Below, piece after piece: positions 28,701 to 40,285 of a DNA stretch of 64,000 nt. The position numbers and the translations under genes were made by a program. The stretch is from assembly GCA_051880395.1 (NCBI GenBank), contig JBJENW010000108.1:3677-67676 (forward strand), given 5' to 3'. This DNA is from Lachnospiraceae bacterium (GTDB lineage: Bacteria > Bacillota > Clostridia > Lachnospirales > Lachnospiraceae). The notes below the pieces were generated by a model. That model saw nothing but the letters and a program-made list of their open reading frames with translations. It was not told where the DNA came from and did not search any database. The number at the start of each line of letters is the position of its first letter. Position 1 is the first letter of the stretch.

Positions 28701-29275
28701 GCGATCCGCTTTTTCTTTTTCAAACCACACAGATACTCTTCTACCGCCTGGCTGCCATTTGAATCCCGACAAATTTCCCGATATAATAATTTTGCCCGGT
28801 CATCTTCATTATGTAACAACTCCCGAAATGCCGATGAATGAAAAAACTGTTCGGCTTCTTTTGGCGCTGTCTGCGCCAGCCGTACAAAATCATGCATATG
28901 GCGCATCAACCCTGTACTTGTCTGTTGATAATTTCTTGTCACATATGCAACAAAAGAAAGGCTATATTCCCCACCGTTGCAAATAATTGAAAAAACACCT
29001 TTTTGAATATTTCCTTCCTCTAATCCTTCGCTATGAAATTTATATTTTACTCTGACCTGTGTACCGCTAAAACGGGCGATCTTACATTCCATTCTCCCAT
29101 TTGAAGAAAAAATCTGTCCCTCAATCGGAACACGATTCAGGCTATTGATCTGAAATTCTCCCGTGCAGCACTGTCCCAATGGAACATTCAATTCTATTTT
29201 TTCCACTGATAACTCTACAACCGGTCTGTCATAATTAAATTGTCCTCTTGCTAGTTCCTCTATCCGTCTCTGCAA
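25730..29275 (-). CDS. 1181-aa protein of unknown function (1st gene): N-terminal beta-rich module, long helical-repeat body, beta-rich C-terminus
   Basis: A single uninterrupted ORF with a TTG start at 29273-29275 behind a GGTGG RBS. I saw no catalytic motif, signal peptide or TM segment. From memory, homologues may be annotated as DUF5717 with a neighbouring DUF5716. I could not verify this here. Confidence 0.6.
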   Translation of the reverse strand: MQRRIEELARGQFNYDRPVVELSVEKIELNVPLGQCCTGEFQINSLNRVPIEGQIFSSNGRMECKIARFSGTQVRVKYKFHSEGLEEGNIQKGVFSIICNGGEYSLSFVAYVTRNYQQTSTGLMRHMHDFVRLAQTAPKEAEQFFHSSAFRELLHNEDDRAKLLYREICRDSNGSQAVEEYLCGLKKKKRIAFRVLDSTRNFQDIKEPSQELLQVEKDSWGYLSLSVTADSAGICFSKQLFETEDFVGDVLQIPYVIDPQKLHHGKNFIRITIAGTNQIEQVELLVEQTSRHPQQKKLIWEKQKYQAELTKLYMDYRFQKIVTGEWCQKSNELLDQLFRLTKQDIYRLMKAQAYLLNKQRQEAEWILDAFKREHFKETDTTEWAYYLYLLTLIEREASYVNKLTEEIEVIYQKRGKPEILFWVLLFLREDYFTDHKVRQQALEKHICSGHASPFFYMEAFYLYQEEPNLMKKLGTYEKRILLWGLQRKGLTHAMMERFLKLLSMERSFDEKNYQILCGCYEQYQTEELAEIICRYLTRFSKYGVQYQHWYAMGIEKDFRITNLYESYLLSIDSQRTDPLPKEVQIYFQYNTNTLPVARKAILYVNIIKNRNRQPDVLEHYMQNIEDFALRQMEQHHMDANLALIYDTALEAGMVNPEITKKLSELFYTCQFVCKRPDIRYVIVAQQEWKKVQVVPLVNHIAYVQVYSANYVILLEDIYGNLLTGLEDCELEKLMHPSHYIRKCISWAPEKIPYLLHYFSSSPVEKAMQNDKMDLLMHLIKAKEIREEYRKTLICELVRYCYEAGDFERVAPYLKKENLSLLDGDAHRMAVEILVELHEYEAAYEQIPCGSVDQLQSGRLLSLCSYLIIEHAYEWEKNLLYLSEAAYRAGKYNDVLLNYLVKYYEGPTAKMAALFRTAKNFLVDTAELEERLLVQMLSTAVFVENTDEIYESYCKSGGRSEICAAYVSYYSYCSFVKKMVVSESVFEELLHQYQEHTINQMGELALLQWLSQKQSLSQAEREIVEDLLGQCIQKGLYFRFYKQFPHEIQQEFYLYDKIFIEYRTDPGKEVMLCYQPEYDLQVDFKKERMQEMYEGIYVKSFVLFFGEKIQYYVQEKIDGIWDITGSNVIQNADGYNENDDSRYDLLNGMAVSRALEDSETMLGLMEKYKSREKNVNNQFLIL

Positions 29276-29412
29276 GTCGCCACCTGCTTTATCATTTATT
29301 ATATAGCGATTCAGCTCGTTTCTGAATCGCTATATGAATCGGTTTCATTATACCCTATTTTCAGCCACTATGCAACAAGTGAAACCTTTTCTCGTGCAGG
29401 TTCTCTCTTTTT

Positions 29413-31992
<2,580 letters not shown>

Positions 31993-32041
31993 TTACATAA
32001 CTTCTTTTATTTTACCACTTCAAAAAAAAGAACGCAACTAC

Positions 32042-32926
32042 TTATACGGCAAACTGGTGCAAAAGTTCACGCGCCGCAGCGGATAACGGTGTATTCGCAT
32101 CAGTTACAATGGCAATCTGACGTTTCGGAATCGGCTGCTCAAACTGAAGCCGAAACAGACTTTTGTCCGCAATTTTTTCTTTTGCGAAATCCGCCATGAC
32201 ACAGGCTACTCCGAGCCCACGCTGCGCAAACTGAATCAGCATATCACTGGTAGCAAGTTCAAATTCCGGCAAAAGCGTAATACGCTGCTTCGCCAAAAAT
32301 GCATCAACGGAACTGCGCGTTGACGTATTTGGCTCCAGACAGATGATCGGATATTCCTGCAGCATCTGATACGTCAGCAGTTTTCCTTTTAACTGTTCGA
32401 ACTTTCTGCCCGCCACAAAAATATCCTCCACTTCCCGAACAGGCTGAATCTTAAAATGATGCTTCTCTTGAACCGGCGTACTGATCACACCGAAATCAAT
32501 CCTCCCCTGCTGTAGATGATGCAGCGTTTCCGGTGTCGGTGCATTTGTCACCTTGATTTTAATATTCGGATGCTCCTCATGGAACCGCTCTAAATATTCT
32601 AACAAATAAAACCGCAGTGTCATATCACTGGCACCGATGCAGATTTCCCCCTCTTCTAGATCACGCATTTCCCGCAACTTTTTCTCGCCTGACAAAATAT
32701 ACTCATACCCACGCTGCACATATGTGTAAAACATTTCTCCTTCCGCAGTAAAGCGAACCCCCTTGGAAGTACGCACAAACAATGTCACCTGCAGTGCCTC
32801 CTCCAAATGACGAATCGCCTGACTTACGGCAGGCTGGGAAATCGATAATGCTTCCGCCGCCAGTGTAATACTCTTTTTTTGCCCTACATAATAAAAAATT
32901 TTGTAATATTCTAAATTGATATCCAT
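32042..32926 (-). CDS. LysR-family transcriptional regulator
   Basis: HTH segment SITLAAEALSISQPAVSQAIRHLEE, 294 aa, typical LysR substrate-binding half. Confidence 0.88.
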   Translation of the reverse strand: MDINLEYYKIFYYVGQKKSITLAAEALSISQPAVSQAIRHLEEALQVTLFVRTSKGVRFTAEGEMFYTYVQRGYEYILSGEKKLREMRDLEEGEICIGASDMTLRFYLLEYLERFHEEHPNIKIKVTNAPTPETLHHLQQGRIDFGVISTPVQEKHHFKIQPVREVEDIFVAGRKFEQLKGKLLTYQMLQEYPIICLEPNTSTRSSVDAFLAKQRITLLPEFELATSDMLIQFAQRGLGVACVMADFAKEKIADKSLFRLQFEQPIPKRQIAIVTDANTPLSAAARELLHQFAV

Positions 32927-32935
32927 CTCTGTTTC

Positions 32936-33361
32936 CTATTTCAGAAAAAAATAGGTAAGCGTTGCCGTTGCGATCAAAGTTCCTTTTTGGTTTGTGATCG
33001 AGACATCGTAAACGCTGATCGTCGCTCCCACTTTTCGCTCAACTGCCTCTGCAGTCAACAGATCCCCCTCAAATGCCGGTTTCAGGTAATTGATATTGGA
33101 ATTGATCGTCGTCACAACACGTCCGCGACTTTCTCCAGCTACCCCCGCGATCGTATCTGCCAGTGTAAACAGCATTCCTCCATGCACGCTTCCGTTTGGA
33201 TTCGTATGCCTTTTTTCTGCGCGAAAAATCCCTTCTGCATATCCGGGTGTCACTTTCAAAATCCGTATCCCTGTTTCCTTTACAAATCCTTCGATCGTGC
33301 CCTCTTTTGTGATGGTCTCCTGAATGGTATCTGCTGCGCTTTCTATTTTTTTCTCTATCAT
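32936..33361 (-). CDS. PaaI-family hotdog-fold thioesterase
   Basis: 141 aa with NPNGSVHGGMLFTLADT. Confidence 0.8.
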   Translation of the reverse strand: MIEKKIESAADTIQETITKEGTIEGFVKETGIRILKVTPGYAEGIFRAEKRHTNPNGSVHGGMLFTLADTIAGVAGESRGRVVTTINSNINYLKPAFEGDLLTAEAVERKVGATISVYDVSITNQKGTLIATATLTYFFLK

Positions 33362-33378
33362 TTTGTTCCTTCTTTCCT

Positions 33379-34272
33379 TTACTTCACTACTTTTGAACAG
33401 GCAAGTGCCAGAGAACCCGGTCCGATATGGCAGGCAATACTGAGCGATAACGGAGCTGCCACAATCTCACTACCTGCAAATACCTGTTTCAATTCTTCCA
33501 CATATTGCAATGCCGGTTCTACATCCTTACTGTATGCTACAGACAGATGCACCGTCGATGCATCTATGCTTCCATCTTCCTTTTGCGTACCGCCGAAACG
33601 TTTTACAATATCCTGCTTCATTGCCTCGATCATAATTGATTTTGCCTGCTTTACCGTTCTCGCCTTTGCAAAAGCATCTAGTTTTTCCCCCTGAATCGTG
33701 AGAACCGGTTTTAATTTCAGCAGTGTTCCGAGTGCCGCCGCTGCCGGAGTGATACGGCCACCTTTTTTTAGATACGTCAGCGTATCCACCATAATGTAAA
33801 TACTGGATTCGAATTTCACTTTTTCCAAAATTTCCCGAATCTCTGCTGCAGTTTTTCCTTGTTTTGCCAATTCTACCGCATCCAAAACAGATTGTCGCTG
33901 TGTCACGGAAATACGCTGATTATTGACTACCTCTATACGTCCTTCATAATCTTGTGCCAAAGAAACAGCCACCTCGCAGGAACTGCTGAGTCCGCTCGAC
34001 ATCGGAATATAGACAAGTTCTTCATACTCGTTCAATAATCTTTCCCAAAACTCCGTCAGATTACCAACCATTGGCATTGATGTCGAAATATCCGCACCTG
34101 TTTCCAATTTCTCATAAAATGCTTCCTGTGTCAGATTCACATCTTCATAAAACGTTTCTTCGTTCATATAAAAAGGCATCGGTACAACAAAAACCCCGTA
34201 TGTTTCTGCCTCCGCTTGTGTCATTCCGCTGTTACTGTCTGTTACAATCGCAATCTTTTTCATTGCATTCAC
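33379..34272 (-). CDS. DegV-family fatty-acid-binding protein
   Basis: 297 aa with KIAIVTDSNSGMTQ at the N-terminus and the overall DegV layout. Confidence 0.85.
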   Translation of the reverse strand: MNAMKKIAIVTDSNSGMTQAEAETYGVFVVPMPFYMNEETFYEDVNLTQEAFYEKLETGADISTSMPMVGNLTEFWERLLNEYEELVYIPMSSGLSSSCEVAVSLAQDYEGRIEVVNNQRISVTQRQSVLDAVELAKQGKTAAEIREILEKVKFESSIYIMVDTLTYLKKGGRITPAAAALGTLLKLKPVLTIQGEKLDAFAKARTVKQAKSIMIEAMKQDIVKRFGGTQKEDGSIDASTVHLSVAYSKDVEPALQYVEELKQVFAGSEIVAAPLSLSIACHIGPGSLALACSKVVK

Positions 34273-34424
34273 TCCCTTCTTTTTTTATGTTCTCTCGGAG
34301 TCTCCTCTGATTCTGCTTTTGATCTCCTATTGAATACACACAAATTCCATCGCAATCTTTTGAAATGAAAATCCGTGTTTCAGTATACCGTATCCGGTCA
34401 AAGAACGCAAGTCATGTTTTTTTC

Positions 34425-34468
34425 AAAAAATGCCTCTGCGACATTCTTCGTTCACAGAGGCATTTTTT
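34425..34468. terminator. bidirectional-looking terminator after cysN
   Basis: AAAAAATGCCTCTG...CAGAGGCATTTTTT lies directly downstream of the cysN stop. Confidence 0.8.
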
Positions 34469-34479
34469 ATAGAAAGCGT

Positions 34480-36171
34480 TTAGATGACCCAGAAATTATC
34501 ATGGAAAATGATTTCCCGATATGTTTCAAATTTCAGCCATTTGTCAAATAAAGCGGCATCCGGATTTTCACCTGCAGCTTTATAATCGGAGCGGAATGCA
34601 TCGAATTCTTCCTGTGACTCGACTTGAATCGCAAATCCACGACCGTTGACCAGCGGATATCCACTGTATTCATAAGAATCAAACGGAACCACTGCTGTCA
34701 CTTTTTCTTTTCGGATGGAAACAGCAACCTTGTCACGCAGTACAAGAATATCGAAGTCATCCGGATAATGGTAGCTTTGTCCTTTGACCGGAATCGTGTC
34801 ACCGATCGTATAAGTATCTTTGACTGCACGAGTTTTTGCGATGTTCGTGCTCTCCAGATTATAATAGAATTCGTCAAAGATTTCTCCTCTGGTCTTCACA
34901 TCACCGGATACAAACGTATATCCGCCCTCATCATGCTTCGTATCTTCTACAACACCGCAGGCAGATGTCATATGGCTGACACGGTCGATCAAGATCAACT
35001 CGCCGAGCGTCTTATGATTTTTGAAACGGTCTACCACGATATTTTCTTGGAATAACAGTTCGCAGACCGCGATCTCATTTTTCTCCAAATGCTCGGCACT
35101 CTCATGTTCGCCTGTATTGACATTGATCTTATACTGCACCTTTGTCAAAACCGCCGGAATTTCTTTCGTTCCAAGTTTTACGATATAATCTTTTCCAATG
35201 ACCAGTTCCTCATCATCCATCCACAATAACGTCGCTGTCACCTTATTGCTGACTACCAGATCTGTATCTTTTGTCAACACACATCCACGGGAGACATCGA
35301 CCTCTTTATCCAACTGAATCGTCACAGGTCTTCCTTTTTCGGCACTGCTGCTTTCTTTATCACCGATCAGAATGCTCTTTACGTTTGCCTCCTCACGGCT
35401 TGGCAATGTGATGATCGTGTCCCCAACAGCAACACTTCCGGACTCGATCTGTCCCTGGAATCCACGAAACGTATGATCCGGACGGCACACACGCTGTACC
35501 GGCATATAAAAGCCTTCTTCCTGTGTCTTTTCGGAAACATCCACCTGCTCTAAATACGGAAGCAGCGCTTCGCCTTCATACCAAGGCGTATTCTCGGATT
35601 TTTTTGTAACGTTATCGCCCTCTGTCGCGGAGACAGGAATGATCTGCACACTGGCGAGTCCCAATTCTTTTGCCAATTCCTCGATCTGTGCGGTGATCTC
35701 ATCAAACCGCTCTTTGCTGTATCCGACAAGGTCCATCTTATTGACAGCAAATACAAAGTAGCGAATTCCCATCAATGCACAGATTCTGGCGTGACGTCTG
35801 GTCTGTACCAGTACCCCCTGCTTTGCATCCACAAGGATCACCGCCAGATCTGCAAAAGAAGCTCCAACTGCCATGTTTCTGGTATATTCCTCGTGTCCCG
35901 GTGTATCTGCCACGATAAAGCTTCTGTAATCGGTCGTAAAATACCGATACGCCACATCGATCGTGATGCCCTGTTCCCTCTCTGCCATCAGACCATCAAG
36001 CAGCAAAGAATAATCGATCGCACCACCACGGCTTCCGACTTTACTGTCAAGTTCCAATGCTTTTTCCTGATCTGCGTAGATCAATTTCGAATCATATAAA
36101 ATATGTCCGATCAAGGTAGACTTTCCATCATCTACACTTCCACAAGTGATAAATTTTAATAATCCGCTCAT
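34480..36171 (-). CDS. cysN: sulfate adenylyltransferase subunit 1 (GTPase) with an unassigned ~130-aa C-terminal extension
   Basis: GSVDDGKSTLIG, DTPGHEEY and NKMD GTPase motifs. The start is at MSGLLKF, overlapping the cysD stop. The tail has no P-loop, so it is not an APS-kinase (CysC) fusion. Confidence 0.85.
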   Translation of the reverse strand: MSGLLKFITCGSVDDGKSTLIGHILYDSKLIYADQEKALELDSKVGSRGGAIDYSLLLDGLMAEREQGITIDVAYRYFTTDYRSFIVADTPGHEEYTRNMAVGASFADLAVILVDAKQGVLVQTRRHARICALMGIRYFVFAVNKMDLVGYSKERFDEITAQIEELAKELGLASVQIIPVSATEGDNVTKKSENTPWYEGEALLPYLEQVDVSEKTQEEGFYMPVQRVCRPDHTFRGFQGQIESGSVAVGDTIITLPSREEANVKSILIGDKESSSAEKGRPVTIQLDKEVDVSRGCVLTKDTDLVVSNKVTATLLWMDDEELVIGKDYIVKLGTKEIPAVLTKVQYKINVNTGEHESAEHLEKNEIAVCELLFQENIVVDRFKNHKTLGELILIDRVSHMTSACGVVEDTKHDEGGYTFVSGDVKTRGEIFDEFYYNLESTNIAKTRAVKDTYTIGDTIPVKGQSYHYPDDFDILVLRDKVAVSIRKEKVTAVVPFDSYEYSGYPLVNGRGFAIQVESQEEFDAFRSDYKAAGENPDAALFDKWLKFETYREIIFHDNFWVI

Positions 36172-36172
36172 C

Positions 36173-37072
36173 TTAGAAATAGCCCTCCCTTTTTCTTCTT
36201 TCCATGCTGCCGGCTGCCTCATTGTCAATCACTCGACTGGTACGCTCGGACTCTACTGCACTTAATGTTTCTTCGATAATTTCATCTAATGTGGTCGCAT
36301 TCGATTCGATCGCCCCGGTCAACGGATAGCATCCAAGCGTACGGAAACGTACTTTTTTCTGCGTAACTTCTTCCCCCGGATTCAGTTTCATACGATCGTC
36401 ATCTACCATGATCAGGTTTCCGTCACGCTCCACAACCGGACGTTCTGCCGCAAAATATAACGGCACGATATCGATGTTTTCACGCTTGATATACTGCCAG
36501 ATATCTTTTTCTGTCCAGTTTGAAATTGGAAAGACACGCATGCTCTCGCCCTTGTTGATCTTTGTATTATACAATTTCCACATTTCCGGTCTCTGATTCT
36601 TTGGATCCCATGCCTGCGCTTCGTTTCTAAATGAAAAAATACGCTCTTTTGCACGCGATTTTTCCTCGTCACGTCTGCCTCCGCCAAATGCTGCCGTGAA
36701 CCCATATTTATTCAGCGCCTGTTTCAATGCCTGTGTTTTCATAATATCCGTATAAGCAGAACCGTGATCAAACGGATTGATTCCTTTGTTCACACCGTCC
36801 TGATTGATGTACTCGATCATTTCAATTCCTTTTTCCTTTGCCACGCGGTCACGGAATTCGATCATTTCCTTGAATTTCCAAGTCGTATTGACATGCAAAA
36901 ATGGAAATGGTGGTTTTTCCGGGTAAAATGCTTTCATTGCCAGGTGAAGCATAACCGAACTGTCCTTTCCGATGGAATATAACATAACTGGTTTTTCGCA
37001 TTCCGCAGCCACTTCTCTGATGATATAGATGGCTTCTGCTTCTAATGCGTCAAGATGTGATAATGTACTCAT
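36173..37072 (-). CDS. cysD: sulfate adenylyltransferase subunit 2
   Basis: 299 aa with the PP-loop segment [15 protein letters not shown]. The sequence is CysD-like throughout. Confidence 0.92.
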   Translation of the reverse strand: MSTLSHLDALEAEAIYIIREVAAECEKPVMLYSIGKDSSVMLHLAMKAFYPEKPPFPFLHVNTTWKFKEMIEFRDRVAKEKGIEMIEYINQDGVNKGINPFDHGSAYTDIMKTQALKQALNKYGFTAAFGGGRRDEEKSRAKERIFSFRNEAQAWDPKNQRPEMWKLYNTKINKGESMRVFPISNWTEKDIWQYIKRENIDIVPLYFAAERPVVERDGNLIMVDDDRMKLNPGEEVTQKKVRFRTLGCYPLTGAIESNATTLDEIIEETLSAVESERTSRVIDNEAAGSMERRKREGYF

Positions 37073-37116
37073 ATCGTTTCTCCTTTATTCTTTCTATGTA
37101 AAAAAGTAACTACCCG

Positions 37117-37431
37117 TTAATATTTATTGGCTTCTTTTCGGTTGATTTCAATGGTGCACTCGCTTTTGTCTTTTCGTGTCAGTTTCCAAAGCAGCACATC
37201 GCCTTTTTCTTCTGTATGCATAAGGCTTCCTTTTCCACCGATGTCCTCTCCGAGATAAAAATCAATCGCATTTTGATGACATTCTTTCAGGCAGGATGCA
37301 CAGCCCCAGCAGTCACGCGGGTACTTTATATATGCTTTTCCAGCCTCATCGCGTGCAAGCAGACTGCCCGGACAAACTGTAAGACAGCTGCCACAGCCCA
37401 CACATTTTGCTTTATTGATCGCTATGCTCAT
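37117..37431 (-). CDS. small 2x[4Fe-4S] ferredoxin, AprB-like partner of the upstream flavoprotein
   Basis: CVGCGSCLTVCP and CWGCASCLKEC motifs. It overlaps the upstream gene by 20 nt. Confidence 0.65.
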   Translation of the reverse strand: MSIAINKAKCVGCGSCLTVCPGSLLARDEAGKAYIKYPRDCWGCASCLKECHQNAIDFYLGEDIGGKGSLMHTEEKGDVLLWKLTRKDKSECTIEINRKEANKY

Positions 37432-39112
37432 ATGTGCTGCCTCCTTTCACCAGATCCCGATAGATGATCTGTATCTTCCCATCTTCCATTCTGGAATTTA
37501 CATACTTCAACCATTCATCGCTTTTTTGCGGATGATCCAAATTTTCTGCAAAACAATGCCAACGTGTTTCTTTTCTGGCTTTCAGATGGGCGATCAGCGT
37601 TTTACAGACCGTCAGACGATCCTTCAGTTCATAAATAAACAAAAGTTCATGTGCATCCGATGCAGCAAGCAGCTCTGTTTTCTGTTCAATCTCTGCAATC
37701 TTTTCGGCTGCAATATCCAGATCTTTTTCATGAAACTGATAATGTGTACCGATTCCGCCTGCGTACTGATCCATAACTTCCTGCATTTCTTCTTCCAGCT
37801 GTTCCACCGTATACGGAGCATCTTTTCTTTCTAAATATTGCTGATATTCGGCTGCCTTTTCTTTCAGCTTTCTCTTCTGCTCTGTGTTTGCCTCTGACGA
37901 ACCAGTTTTTTGCACGTTTTTCTGTTTTTGCGCAGCAATTGCTTCTGCTGCGATCGCACCCTCAACCAGTGCACCAGAAACATACTTCTGCGGACAGCCG
38001 CCGGCCACATCACCGGCCGCATGCAAGCCCTTGATCGTTGTCTCCCGTTTTGTATCCACCCAGTAACCGCTGGCAGTATGCCCACCAACTACATACGGCT
38101 CGGTTCCTTCAATCTCGACATTCTGTTCACTCGGCATTTTCCCAGATTCCAACCATTTCAACGTCTGGCTCGGAGCCATGTTCAGATATGCTTTTAGCAG
38201 TTCCTCATCCTGCTTTGGCGTAATACCTTCGGTCTTTAAAAAACAAGGTCCGCGCCCTTCGAGGTTTTCTTTTACCGTTCCATACAAACGCTGTGAGGTC
38301 GTCAAGCCATATTTATCCTCGTAAATTTCCCCTTCGGAATTGACCTGTTTCGCACCAACCCCCTGCGCGATCGTTCCGACCGGTGCGATCGTGTCTTTAC
38401 AGCGTAGTGCGATAAAACGCATTTCAAACGTTGTCATTTCTGCACCGGCGCGAATCCCCATCGCATAACCGGCACCCGTGTTAAATGGAGAGTACCACAT
38501 CTTATGGCGGGAAAACCCCGGATTGTTCGGCTTGTATAAACCTGCTGCGCCACCGGTCGCACAAATGACATTGTCCGCTAAGATCTCATAAACCTCACCG
38601 GTTTCCATATGAAATCCGATTGCGCCCTGAATCTGATTGCCTTCTACAATATAATCTGTGATATTAATATGTTCTAATACTGTTACATTTGAAAGGGCAG
38701 TCACTGCATCCGCGAGAATCGGTTTGATATTCTCTCCGTTGATCTTGATATTTCGATTTCCTCTTGCTACATATTCCCCGTTTTCATCTTTTAAGATCAC
38801 AAGTCCCAGTTTTTCCAGTTCTGCAGTCACCTCGTTGACACGTTCCGACATCGTTAAAAGCAAATCCTCCCGCACTATGCCATCCGCATCCTTCTTGGCA
38901 TACTCCACATAATCCTGTGGCACATGGCCTTTTGTAATATAAGCGTTGATCGCATTCACACCTGCTGCAAGGCAGCCGCTTCGTTTGATATTTGCTTTTT
39001 CGGCGATCACAATGTTACACTGCATTTTTTTCTGCAAAGCCAGAGCTGCGTAGCAGCCTGCCGTACCGCCGCCAATAATCAGCACATCTGCATTTAAAAT
39101 CGTCTGTTTCAT
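37412..39112 (-). CDS. FAD-dependent oxidoreductase of the fumarate-reductase/AprA superfamily (putative adenylylsulfate reductase alpha subunit)
   Basis: VLIIGGGTAGCYAAL dinucleotide fold, 566 aa. It is embedded between cysA and cysD in a sulfate-assimilation operon. Confidence 0.6.
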   Translation of the reverse strand: MKQTILNADVLIIGGGTAGCYAALALQKKMQCNIVIAEKANIKRSGCLAAGVNAINAYITKGHVPQDYVEYAKKDADGIVREDLLLTMSERVNEVTAELEKLGLVILKDENGEYVARGNRNIKINGENIKPILADAVTALSNVTVLEHINITDYIVEGNQIQGAIGFHMETGEVYEILADNVICATGGAAGLYKPNNPGFSRHKMWYSPFNTGAGYAMGIRAGAEMTTFEMRFIALRCKDTIAPVGTIAQGVGAKQVNSEGEIYEDKYGLTTSQRLYGTVKENLEGRGPCFLKTEGITPKQDEELLKAYLNMAPSQTLKWLESGKMPSEQNVEIEGTEPYVVGGHTASGYWVDTKRETTIKGLHAAGDVAGGCPQKYVSGALVEGAIAAEAIAAQKQKNVQKTGSSEANTEQKRKLKEKAAEYQQYLERKDAPYTVEQLEEEMQEVMDQYAGGIGTHYQFHEKDLDIAAEKIAEIEQKTELLAASDAHELLFIYELKDRLTVCKTLIAHLKARKETRWHCFAENLDHPQKSDEWLKYVNSRMEDGKIQIIYRDLVKGGSTYEHSDQ

Positions 39113-39135
39113 GCCAATTAATTTCCTTTCTTCTG

Positions 39136-40197
39136 CTAAATATAGAATACGTCATTCTCCTGCATCGCTGTATTCTCCATCAAATATGTCTTTTTATCAT
39201 CAAATACATACAAACGATAGATCAACACCTGCACTTTTTCTCCCACAGAAACCGGATCTTTTTCCAGTGACCGTTCTGCTTTGATGTGAATTCCTTTTAC
39301 ATTGATGGTCAATTCCAGATAATTTCCACGGAAAATGATATCTTCGATCACACCCTCTTCTGCAGCACTGATATATTGATCCAAATGTCCATAACGAGTC
39401 ACTTTTACAAACTCCGGTCGAATGACTGCCTGACTCGCCCCCGGTACTTTATCAAACCCGGTTAGCTTTTCATAATCCGATACGACAACGGATCGACCAA
39501 TAAATTGTGCCACAAATGGTGTGTCCGGTGCTTTATAAATCTCCATTGGCGTTCCGACCTGCTCTATTTTTCCATGATTTGTGATAATGATCTCATCTGC
39601 GACCTCCACCGCTTCGTCTTGGTCATGTGTGACAAAGATACTCGTAATGCCGACTTTGTGGATCATATCCTTTAACCAGTTTCGCAATTCAAACCGCACT
39701 TTCGCATCAATTGCCGCAAATGGTTCATCTAATAACAGTACCTGCGGATTCGGCGCCAACGCTCTGGCAAATGCCACTCTCTGACGCTGCCCGCCGGACA
39801 GCTGATTCGGATAGCGCTTTTCCATGCCGCTGAGGCCGATTAAATCAATCAGTTCCATCACACGCTTTTTGATCTGCGCTTTCGGCACTTTCTGAATTTC
39901 CAGTCCAAACGCAATATTGTCATACACTGTCATATACCGAAACAACGCATAATTTTGAAATACAAACCCGATACCACGCTTCGCTGCCGGAATCTCATTC
40001 ATACGTTTCCCATCGATAAAAATGTCTCCGGAATCCGGATTTTCCAAACCTGCCAGCATACGCAGAATGGTTGTCTTTCCGCTTCCACTCGGTCCGAGCA
40101 ATGCAACCAATTTTCCTTTTTCTATGCCGAAACTCACATTGTCTGATGCCTTAAAGTCACCAAAATTTTTTTGAATATTTTTCATTTCCACATACAT
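39136..40197 (-). CDS. cysA: sulfate/thiosulfate ABC transporter ATP-binding protein
   Basis: Walker A GPSGSGKTT, signature LSGGQRQRVAFARAL, Walker B LLLDEPF and a C-terminal TOBE-like domain. Confidence 0.9.
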   Translation of the reverse strand: MYVEMKNIQKNFGDFKASDNVSFGIEKGKLVALLGPSGSGKTTILRMLAGLENPDSGDIFIDGKRMNEIPAAKRGIGFVFQNYALFRYMTVYDNIAFGLEIQKVPKAQIKKRVMELIDLIGLSGMEKRYPNQLSGGQRQRVAFARALAPNPQVLLLDEPFAAIDAKVRFELRNWLKDMIHKVGITSIFVTHDQDEAVEVADEIIITNHGKIEQVGTPMEIYKAPDTPFVAQFIGRSVVVSDYEKLTGFDKVPGASQAVIRPEFVKVTRYGHLDQYISAAEEGVIEDIIFRGNYLELTINVKGIHIKAERSLEKDPVSVGEKVQVLIYRLYVFDDKKTYLMENTAMQENDVFYI

Positions 40198-40285
40198 TGT
40201 TATTTCCTCATTTCTGCTTCACTTACCGTTCACAATTTTTACAGAATTTTTCTTCTAAGTAAAAGCTGTGCGAACCATATGTTTT

